DNA of 37,368 nucleotides, taken from positions 1-37,368 of the forward strand of contig CDMY01000645.1 of assembly GCA_001179505.1 (NCBI GenBank). Direction: 5' to 3'. Both the position numbers and the translations under genes were made by a program. Positions 10,572-20,567 of the stretch are shown here, one piece after another (positions within the stretch are counted from its first letter, which is position 1; every line of letters begins with the position of its first letter). The stretch is from Vitrella brassicaformis CCMP3155 (taxonomy: Eukaryota; Protista; Chromerida). Under the pieces are notes generated by a model that was not told the DNA's origin, searched no databases, and saw only the letters and a list, made by a program, of their open reading frames with translations.

Positions 10572-12621
10572 TTAGTATGGCGGCGGCACATATTCGCAGT
10601 GCCTAGTGCCGAGAAACTTGCCTGTTTTTGGATCGACCACCTTCTCAATGTCGGTCTCGAAGCAGAGGGCGAGGGTGGACCCCACGGCCATCACAAACAG
10701 ACACGCCAAGGCAACACGCCGGCCCGTCTGGTACCAACTGCACACACATGCAATCAATCAGTACACATACATAGCTAGCTACGTACACGCGTCCTCCCTC
10801 CCTCACTGCCTGCCTCTTTCCTCCTTACGATGGTTTGTTCTCCTGGTCGGCGTAGATGAGGAAAAGCAGAAAGAAACCAGCTGCACAATGACAGACAGAC
10901 CAGACAGACAGACATGGCCCAGCCGAAAGAGACAGAGGAGGCATTCATCTATCTCGTGGACAGCACTCGACTAGCAGCGTCCATGTCTCTGTCGCCTTGC
11001 TGCGATGTGGAATGGTGTGGTGTGGTGTAGAGCGTACCAAGTGCGCCCCCCAGGTGGCCAAAGTGATCTGCCGCACCCCACCCACACAGGCACATACAAG
11101 ATCGTGCCTCACGTGTCGGCACACGTACGCCTCTCACTCACTCACTCACTCACTCACCGAGATTTGTTCCCTGGGAGGTCACAAATAACATAAAAAACAC
11201 CAGATAGACGGCGAAGAATCTGCACCACACCACACCACACCACACCACACACAGCGGCACCGGATGAGTGAATGGGCGCCATTCATGTGGACGTTGCCCA
11301 TGCCCACATCCATCCCTCCACCCCTTGAGGCGCCAGTCGTACATGAGTTGGTAGATGGCTCTTGAGCGGCTCATGCCGGACAGCAGGTGCCATATCAGCA
11401 CCACCTCTGCTATCTGAACACAAGCACACTCACGCAGACACATGGGCCAATGGATGGATGGATGAATGGATGAGCACCGTGGGACGGACGAACTGCTGCC
11501 CACCTGCGCCCCGATGATGCCGAACCCAGATGTCGACGCGCCCACGGCAGTCTACAAACACAAATACATACGTACATACGTACATGCACGCAGCACGCAC
11601 ACATATGAGTGGTTGGTGCTGCCTGCCTGCGTGTGTATGTGGCTGCAGGGGTTGCGGGGCTTACGTTGCAGGGATGCACGGCGGTGGAGAAGAGGTTGGC
11701 CAGGATGCCACTCCCGAAGTATATCAGATGGAAACGACCTATCCCGTACCTACAACACGCACAACCACAACCACACGCAAAACACCAACGACTGAGGGGG
11801 CCAAACCACCGTGGCGAAGACGCCTTGAATTGTGCTTGTGTTGCTTGCTCACTTTTGTTCGACCTGCATCCCCATAGCGATCTGGACGAAGACGTTCATC
11901 TGACGCAATCAACACCACCCACACCCACACAGGCAGGCAGGGAGAGAAGAGGAGTGTATGTGTGCATCCTATCCTCCCTCCCTCCCTGCCGCCTGTTTGT
12001 TCAAGTGTTTGGTGTCTATCTTTGTGCTGTCTGCCTGCCTGCCTGACCAGCAGGTGGCTGAGGTTGGCGTGCAGGAATATGGGCATGAAAAGGCGCCACA
12101 CCTCGCCCCTCTGCAGATTGGGACCATAGGAACACCCGAATAGCAAAAGCGAATGCCTGCAGGCCGCCACGCGCGACACACACCACACCCAGCCGCCCCC
12201 ACACAGACAAACAGTCACACATGACAACACATCTGTCTGTCTGTCTGTCTGTCTGTCATCCGCCAAGTGTCTGCCTGTATGTGTGTGTTGTGACTGACCG
12301 TGTGGGCGCGGCTCTTTCCTGCCCCGGGATGAGAGATAGGAAGTAGACGACCATCTGGATCATGCTCAGCCACACTATGTGGAGCTGCCACGTGCAACCG
12401 GGAAAAAACATGTCCACAAACCTGCCACACACACATGCAATGCACAACCAACACGACGGACGCACCACAATGACACACATCAACCACCATCAGCCGTCCA
12501 TCGCCTGTTTGTCGTTGATTCACCTGATATCTCCCGAGCCGCCTGACGCCGCCACCGTGGGCAACGGCGTGCCTTCATTGCGCTGCTGCTGGTAATCAGT
12601 CAAACGATGCACGTTCGGCAT
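10572..12621 (-). CDS. Rhomboid intramembrane serine protease, apicomplexan ROM1/2/3-like
   Basis: About 9 exons: MPNVHRLTDY..., DMFFPG, EVWRLFMPIFLHANLSHLLMNVFVQIAMGMQVEQKYG, TAVGASTSGFG (catalytic Ser) and DHFGHLGGAL (catalytic His); stop at 10572-10574. Confidence 0.93.
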
Positions 12622-12832
12622 GGCGAAATGAGCAGCCGAGTCCGAGGCGGGCACAACCACTCACACACACTGCTCTGCTCTTGACTGACTTGAGTGGACG
12701 GAGGGGGGGCAGGCGTCCTCTCTTCCCTCTTTTCTCTTCTTGGGCTCGCCGGGAAAGCTCGCACGAGCGGACGAGAAGAGAAACCGCTCTTTCCGCTCTT
12801 TCTTGGGGAGGCGTCGTCAGGCACGCAGTATC
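12622..12832. promoter_or_regulatory. Putative bidirectional promoter rhomboid/EamA (211 nt)
   Basis: Between divergent ATGs at 12621(-) and 12833(+); AGCTCGCA at 12756-12763, plus a degenerate GGCTCGCC at 12743-12750. Confidence 0.65.
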
Positions 12833-15088
12833 ATGCCAGTATCAGCCCGTGCTTTGCGCGACGATGTGTACGTGTCGCTCGAGGACGGCCCGGCGTATCC
12901 CGTCGCCGAGGACGTCAAGGGGGCGAAAGCTCTACCTCAACACACCTCCACTGGACACGCGTGAGCAGAGCGAGCTATGAGGGAGGAACGAGGGAGAAGA
13001 AGTGAATGAGAAATGCCCGGCTACATACCTCTCTTGTGTGTGTTTCTGTTCACAGCTTGGACTCGCTCCTGCTGACTGACGTTCCTGAGGCCGCCAGTTC
13101 ATCCCTGCTGGTCAACCCTGCTGATCACCCCCTGCCCTCCGGCCGCCCCCGGTGCTTCGTTCAGGGTGTTTTGCTGTGCATTGGCTCCACTGTATGCTTC
13201 GCATCCATGTCGCTGTGCGTCAAGCTCACCGCTGACCACGGCATCAGCGCAGGAGAGACTATGTTCATCAGGTGGGCACGGGTCTGAGAAACGCTGCACT
13301 GCACATTTCGGGGCTGCCCCTGCGGGTGTATATGTGTTGATCTTATCCCTGTCAGGTGCATATTTCAGTTCTTCGTGACTCTGGCTTGTCTGTTTTATCT
13401 GCGGCTGGGGATACTGCCAAGCCAGAGCAGGGGGACCTTCAGGGTCAGGTGGTGGGTGCTCGCCAGAGGTGAGGGAGGGAGGGAGGAAGGAGATACGCAA
13501 CGCAACAGACAACCCGTGTGTGGGGCTTAACTTGCAGGTGTGGTGGACTTTCTAGGAGTGCTCATGTATTACTATGGGCTGAGCCAGCTGCAGTTGGGCT
13601 ATGCGACTGTTTTGTACTTCACGGCACCACTATTCGCTGGCCTCATTGCCCGATCGATGTTGAAGGAGAGCTATGGCATCATTGAGGCGGCGTGCGGGCT
13701 TGGGTGCGTTATTGGGGTGGCCATGACGTCACTCGGTAGTTGAGCCACCCCACGCCCCTTGGATGGATGGATGGATGGATGGATGTGGCTGTAATTGATG
13801 TTCACTACCTTGCTCAGGTAGTGAGAATTTCCGCACTATATCAACAGCTGAGGTGTGCGGCATCTCCCTGTGCCTCCTCGGCGCACTGTGCCAAGGTGAG
13901 TGGGAAGGACCTACCGCAGTGGACAGGCGGAGTGTATGCGTGTGGTGTGTGTTTCATTCAGGCCTGACTTACTGCATCATCCGCAAGTCAGTCAGCTTCA
14001 CATATGCTCATGGACGCTCACTCATACTCATTCACTCACTCACTCACTCACTTATGTCCTACCTAGGATTGGGAGGAAGGCGCATTACATGCAGCTGGTG
14101 AATTCATTCGCCCTCAGTGGGCTCTTCATCTCACCCCTGTTCATGCTGACGGTGCCGAGCCAGGCGCCCATCTCGCCCTCATCATTCACAGTGACCAACT
14201 GGTGTGACCTGCTCATGCTGGGCGCATTCGCCACGTTCGGCCAGATGTTGCTAAACATGGGCACGCAGCACGTCAAGGCCTGTCTGGCGTCCATCACGAG
14301 GACCCTGGACATTCCCATCTCAGTTCTTTTACAGGTGGGTCAACAGATACACACTGACACATGGGGAGCAGGGTAAAGAGAGAGTACTTGCTGGGCGGGG
14401 GGGGGAGGGGCATGGGCCTGTGTTTTGTCCCTTTGTCTGCCGTTGCTGCAGTGAGTGCTCTGAGGCACCGACACAGGAACGAAAGTAGACCTAATCTATC
14501 TGCTTTATCTTGTCTGCGTATCCTGCCGCAACAGAGAGGCAGACAGACAGACAGAGTCAGGCAGACGGGAACGGGGTGGGTCACCAAATTGTTGTCTCAT
14601 CGGTCTGGTTGGCTGTGTTGCGGGCGCCCTGTGAAGTCTTGCAGCACCAATCGAGGAGCGGCCGACAAGACGGGCCTGGCGCAGCGCGGAGCTACAGTCA
14701 GTACACTAGACACTCACTAGACAGTGCAGCCAGCGGCCCTTCGTCTATGTCGTGACGTGTTACCTACCATCTCCAGACAGATCTTCATCCTCCCACTGCA
14801 CTCTACACTCTCATTCTCTTCCATGAGATGCATTCGTTGGTCGTGGGTATGCTTGCTGTGCTGTGGCTCATGTCACACATACGATATTCCCTCAAGCCTC
14901 ATTGGTTTCTGTGGGCTGTTGTCTCTTGTTCAGTGGTGGTTCCTGCACGACGCACCCTCGTTCCTCAGCATACTCGGGTAAAACGGATAAGACACAACCG
15001 GCTCGCCTCAGCCTTCATTGCCTTCCTTTGGTGCAGGTGTTGTATGGTGATCTGTTGCTGCGGCGCGTCGGCTGTCCTGCGAAGATGA
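12833..15088 (+). CDS. EamA/DMT-family transporter (SLC35G-like, two EamA repeats)
   Basis: About 10 exons giving GVLLCIGSTVCFASMSLCVKL, GETMFIR, WWVLARGVVDFLGVLMYYYGLSQLQLGYATVLYFTAPLFAGLIARSMLKE, GISLCLLGALCQGLTYCIIRK, LGAFATFGQMLLNMGTQHVKACLASITRTLDIPISVLLQWWFLHDAPSFLSILG. The tandem five-TM-type repeats are typical of DMT. Confidence 0.9.
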
Positions 15089-15379
15089 GATGTCCCTTAA
15101 GATGGCCACTACATACTACATCAAATCAAGTGGCTGTGGCCATTAATTACCACAATGAGAGGATCGGCGTGGGTGAGGGCAGATAGGAGGCGTGGTTATC
15201 TACGTGGGTATCTACGAAGTTTTTTGGACCATTTCTGGGGACAGAGATGCCTGGGTCTGAGACGTCTTGCCTTAATTGAGTGTTTCATTTTTTCCTGGGC
15301 GACATCATTGATGGCAAGCTCTCTTCCCCTCGATGCTTCTCTGTCCCTATGATCGACCGTTGTCTTTTTCCTTCAACCC

Positions 15380-15679
15380 NNNNNNNNNNNNNNNNNNNNN
15401 NNNNNNNNNNNNNNNNNNNNNNNNNNNNNNNNNNNNNNNNNNNNNNNNNNNNNNNNNNNNNNNNNNNNNNNNNNNNNNNNNNNNNNNNNNNNNNNNNNNN
15501 NNNNNNNNNNNNNNNNNNNNNNNNNNNNNNNNNNNNNNNNNNNNNNNNNNNNNNNNNNNNNNNNNNNNNNNNNNNNNNNNNNNNNNNNNNNNNNNNNNNN
15601 NNNNNNNNNNNNNNNNNNNNNNNNNNNNNNNNNNNNNNNNNNNNNNNNNNNNNNNNNNNNNNNNNNNNNNNNNNNNNNN
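15380..15679. other. Assembly gap (300 N) abutting a poly-C run
   Basis: Exactly 300 N; CCC before and C12 after, consistent with a homopolymer-induced contig break. Confidence 0.99.
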
Positions 15680-17536
15680 CCCCCCCCCCCCGAATTGACC
15701 GAGTCTGTGTGCGCGTATGTGATGCACGCAGGGAGGTGTGTCGTGTCATGTCATCCTCTCTCCTTTGACCTTGCCTTTCTTTTTCTTATGTACACTCACT
15801 CACACACATCATTGAATATGCGCACATACACATACATACGTGTCAGTCCATCGTGTATGCCATGCCGTCACTGTGCCTGGCTGCCCTGCCAATCATATCT
15901 ATGTGTCTCGCTGCGAATTTATCGGGGGTCTGGCCGCTCAGTTGCATGATGCTAAGTGTTTTTCACGTATGTACCTCTCTGTCTGTCTTGTCTGTTTGTC
16001 TCACTTTGCAGACCAGACAGACGGTTTCCAGAGTGCGTGGGCTGCTGCTTGAGGATACACACGGGTGCGTTTTTAACACTGACTGACTGACTGTCCGGGC
16101 AGCTGCCTCTCTTCAACATGGCGTGCGCTGCATTTTCCAAAGCATGTATGTATGTGTGTGTGTGTATGTATCCTCGCGTGTCGTGTGGCGTCCGTCGTCT
16201 GCAATTTTGTCATTACGTAGAGAGGAGCAGGGTGAGTGCTGCTTGATGTGCGCAAGATGCAAGTGCCGTGTCAGATCAGACAGGCGGTCCGAACAGCGAG
16301 AGGGGGACCTCTCGCACAGCTATACACACACGGGGACAGAGAGGGAGGGGAGAGGGGGGGAAGGAGAGTTGTAGGAGAGTTGTTGGGTTCCAATTGCACG
16401 TTGTCGTGTCTTGGCTCTCGTGTCATATCTGCGTGGCTGTCTGGGTGTCTGGTGTTTGGGTGTTGTCTGTTGTCGCCGTAGAGAAGACACGAACAGCGCT
16501 AGATGGATCTAGCGTGAGCTGCGGTACCTATTTTTGCACGAGAGATGCAAAGCGTGGCCCCCCTCCTTCCCTCTCATGTGCTTGCCATGACCACATATAC
16601 GTATGTCTGTCTGTCTGTCTGTATTCGCGTGTGTGTACATATGCTTGCTTGTGAGCGCACAATGCCTCGCGTGTACAGTAAGCCTGATGTGCTTTTTCTG
16701 TGCGCCACATCTAGTTGCGCATGCCCCGTCCCTACCTGAACGTCTGTGTGCGCTCGACGGAAAAACATGTGTGTATTCATGTGGGTGTGGTGAGGGGGTC
16801 TCTGTCACCGGTGTTTGTCATGTGGTGCGTGAATGAATACCCCCTCTGCATGCCGGTCGCTTCAGACAAAAGCGACAGTAGCGGTATGCTGGATGGATAA
16901 CTACTGTGGGGTCGGGCGGAGGTATCTTCTCTGCCTAATTTCCCACAGCGGCCTCCTTCTCTTATGCGTGTCCGTATCTTGACTTGCCTGCTTGTCTCTC
17001 TCATGATGGAATCTACTGATTCGTCAAGCACTGCCTGCCTATGTGTGGGGGAGTGATGTGCAGGATGCACATGTCAGACTGTTTGCATGCTCCCAGACAG
17101 ATGTCTCTTTGTGACACCAGTCAACCGAACTACGCTCTCGCATATGTGGTCCTCGTCTCACACGAGTGTCTTCCCACACACTGCCTCAACGTCACGTACG
17201 ACAAACACGGCACACGGTGCATGATACCATAGCACCACTTCCCAATTAGGACGCAAATCCCTTCATTCCCATCTCAACAGGGCACAAAACCGTGAGCGCT
17301 TGATACTTGCATGACGACACTGATGACACAAGGAAAACGTTGCATGCCATGCACTCACTACTCTGGTACGAAAATTGGAAGAGCGCGTGAATACGATGCT
17401 ACGGTGCACTGGGACGCAGGCTGGAGAAATGACCTTCGCTACCCATCAATCCATCCATCCATCAATCATTCGCAAACGCACAAGACGGCACAAAACCACG
17501 TCTCAACCACCGATCCGAATCTCGGCCGTCACGTGC

Positions 17537-18765
17537 TCACTGCACTGAATTTTGTGCATAGAAGAAGTTAGCGCCGATGAGCTTCAGATCGTTCTTGTCT
17601 GCCCATGATGCCACCTGGGTGCACACACCGATCGATTTGGGCGGTAAGACCCTATGTAATACATCTCATCGTTCGTTCATGTACCTTGAAGCGGGGTCTG
17701 TCGAGCGGGGCCGTTGGCGTCTTGGCACTCGCCTCCTGGCGGTACAGCAGAAAGCAATACCGGTGCATTCCAGTCTTGGGCGGCGCTCCAGGTCCAAAGT
17801 ACGGCACAAGCGTCGTTGGATCCTTCAATTCGATAGCTGTGGGGATTGACAGGACACGACAAGTACAGCAAAGATAGGCAGGCCTATAGACGTGGGTGGC
17901 CGACTCACAGTCACTGGCGACGAGCCAATGCAGGAACTGCCCCTCGGTGGGGGCCTGACGGGATGGCGCGTCCGGATCCACCTGCAAGAATCGTCAAGTT
18001 AGCCATCATCTCCAGCTCATGCAACCAACCCTCTCCCTAGTCCACCATGGCCAAGATGTAGCTGCAACACATGAGAATCCACGCATGGATTCAATGCAAC
18101 CATAATCTCATCTGTGGGACCCTCTGTGGTCCTCCCTTCTCCGTTTCTTGCCTGCGTACCGGGCGTCTGGTCTCGGCATGTCTCCGATGATGATACTTGG
18201 GCGCTGCTTCGTCTCTGGAATGGAACACACACGGATGCCTGTTTCCGCTTGTGCCAGTGACGGTGTAGTCCACGCATACCATCCAGCGTCAGAGTGTTTC
18301 CGAACTCGACTTCCACATTTCTTGGGTACGAGATCTTGATGAACGTTTCCTTGTCAAGATCAGGCACCACATCTGACACACAAGCCGACCATTTCCCACT
18401 TGTGCAGACCAACAAAAGTGAGCCATCCTGTCAGTCCTCCTGCCGTACCTCCGATGACGCCCGAAGACCTCAGCAGCGACAGCTCCCTATCCCTCGGATC
18501 ACCCAGATCCTCCTTCTCCAATGCCTGCACACACACAGCAGACCACAACAGGTACGTCCCCACTGCACCCTCACAATCGCACCGTGATGAGGTCGGCGGC
18601 ATCGGCAGGTGCAACGATGGGCAGCACTCGAGGCTGCACAATGGCGGGAGGTGTGAGGGCAGAGGCATCGGCTGTGACGGGCGGCAGGTGAAAGGCAGCC
18701 GAACGGAGGCGAGCGCCCGTGGCAGTGCTCAGCAGCAGCGCCGCAAGGGCCACATGGGGCAGCAT
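17537..18765 (-). CDS. Phosphatidylethanolamine-binding protein (PEBP/RKIP family) with N-terminal signal peptide
   Basis: MLPHVALAALLLSTATG signal; [70 protein letters not shown] and LKLIGANFFYAQ. The DPDAP and GxHRY motifs are diagnostic. Seven exons. Confidence 0.93.
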
Positions 18766-19006
18766 CTTTGCGGGAGGAGAAAGATTGTACTGCAGAAACC
18801 AAGATTCGCCTGCAGATGACCGTTTTCTCCAGCCTCCGCGATGCTCAATGGACGTGTGAGCGCGCCAAAGTCACAGATCTTCGCTGGCCGCCGCGAAGTT
18901 TTCGGGCTTTCCAAGCTCGCAGAAAACGATCGGAGCCCTTCCTTCCACTTCCCGACCGGCATAACCATGATGCAAGCAAGAAGCGGATGACATAAGGGAG
19001 GCTGCG
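18766..19006. promoter_or_regulatory. Putative bidirectional promoter PEBP/ABM (241 nt)
   Basis: Between divergent ATGs at 18765(-) and 19007(+); AGCTCGCA at 18914-18921. Confidence 0.65.
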
Positions 19007-20223
19007 ATGAGGTGGATCTCTTCTGCATCTATGCCCCTGGCATACGTTGTGGTTGTGGCAGGAGCCTTCCAGCGCCCCCTGTCACCCGGGAAGCGACAAT
19101 TTCCCTCTCAGAGAGGGCAGCGGCTGAGGCACACACTGTCGATGGATGCGGCTGAGCCTGTGGCTGCGGCTGCCATGGCAGTCGACGGCAGCCTCCTTCC
19201 TTCATTCGTCGCATGCACCAGGTCGCACGCAACGCGCACAGAAACGCTTCACCGCTGCTGTGGTGTCTTTGATGAACGCGATGCAGTTTTCCTGTGATGA
19301 AGGGCTGCGAGGCAGCTTTTGAGCAGAGGTGGCTCGAGGCCGAGGAGAGGGCGCCGATCGCCAGCATAAAGGATTTCGCGGGGTTCATCCAGTTCTTCCT
19401 GCTAAAGGGACAGTACGATGAAGTCAACGACGCCACCGAGTACGTGTCGATGTCAGTGTGGAGGGACCGTGAGGCCTTCGAGGCTTTTCCCAAGTCCGAT
19501 TACTTCAAGCTGCGGCACGCTGCTGACTCGTCGCTGCCTCCGTCAACTCATGCTGCCGGGCCATCTGTGTCGATCTATGAGGCTGTGCTCTACGAGCCGA
19601 GAGCGGGAATGACGATTGAACAGCTCAAGGAAGGTGCCTTTATTGCCACCAACAGGTCCACACGGGCGTGCCAACTGGCTGACGGTGTCAGGTTCATGCC
19701 ATGGCGACTTGTTCTAGCGTGCAGGTTTGCTGTGGCCGCGGGCAGCCAAGACGCCTTCGAGACGAGATGGAGAGTGCGTACAGAAAGACACTTGTGCGTG
19801 AGTGCACTTGTACATGTCCCCATTGCTGCTTTGCATGCAGACTCGTGACCGCAACCTCCCGTCATTCCCAGCGTTTCGCAAGTTCATGCTTCTCCGTCGG
19901 GTGCCTCTGCCGCCCGACATGGGCGTGCCATCAAACAGCCCCCATCCGGCGTGCATCCAGCCCGACGTGACGCACATCTCGTTCACCGAGTGGCAGTCGG
20001 AGGCGGGCTTCGATGAGTGGCGGAACAGCCAGTCCTTCGCCAAGACCCACAGTGCCGCTGAGGACGCGCAGCCGAAGGGGCCACCGAAGGGTAGGTTTCG
20101 TTTACCTCTTCTAAAATGTGTCTGTGTGCATCTGTCTGTCTGTTTGCAGGTCCTGTGTCTGGCGAGCTGCGCGGGCCGCCGAAGCCGACCTTTTTCTCTG
20201 TGGTTCTGACGGAGGCCAATTGA
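19007..20223 (+). CDS. Tandem ABM-domain (IsdG/HmoA-like) monooxygenase, probable plastid-targeting leader
   Basis: Five exons. Leader ...YVVVVAGA-FQRP then an R/S-rich stretch. Domain 1: FVACTSFPVMKGCEAAFEQRW...FAGFIQFFLLKG...YVSMSVWRDREAFEAFPKSDYFKLRH. Domain 2: FIATNRFAVAAGSQDAFETRW...FPAFRKFMLLRR...HISFTEWQSEAGFDEWRNSQSFAKTH. Confidence 0.85.
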
Positions 20224-20567
20224 TCCAAAGACAGACGTGCACGGCAGGGGCGGCTTCGCACGTATGTTGTGATGGCTGTCGTATGGTGTGGGTGGTGCGG
20301 CATCGCCCTTGTCTGTCTTTATGAAGTTCATGATCCGGGTTATTTTGGCGTGGTGTGTTGCTGGTCTTCTATGGTCTTGTGACGTTGGATGGGCTGGCGG
20401 GAAGAGAAAAGAGGACAGACACAGTGGCCTGCCTAAACCGAGATACATACAGTGGATCAAGGAGTATCACTGCAGAGGTCCGAGGAAGAATGTGCCCGTG
20501 TAGGGCCATTAGAGGATGAGACGAGACCACAGAGCTACACACAGCGACCCCAACAGGAAAAGAAGCG

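Noticed and set aside
15280-15768. ORFs spanning the N run
   Set aside because: Artefacts of translating N as X.
16497-16514. Hairpin CGCTAGAT-gg-ATCTAGCG
   Set aside because: An 8-bp inverted repeat is expected by chance in 37 kb; no ncRNA context.
18860-18869. E2F-like GCGCGCCAAA in the PEBP/ABM spacer
   Set aside because: Single occurrence, absent from the other spacers.
19714-20460. 248-aa minus-strand ORF
   Set aside because: Overlaps ABM exons antisense, runs through intron microsatellites and has no motif.
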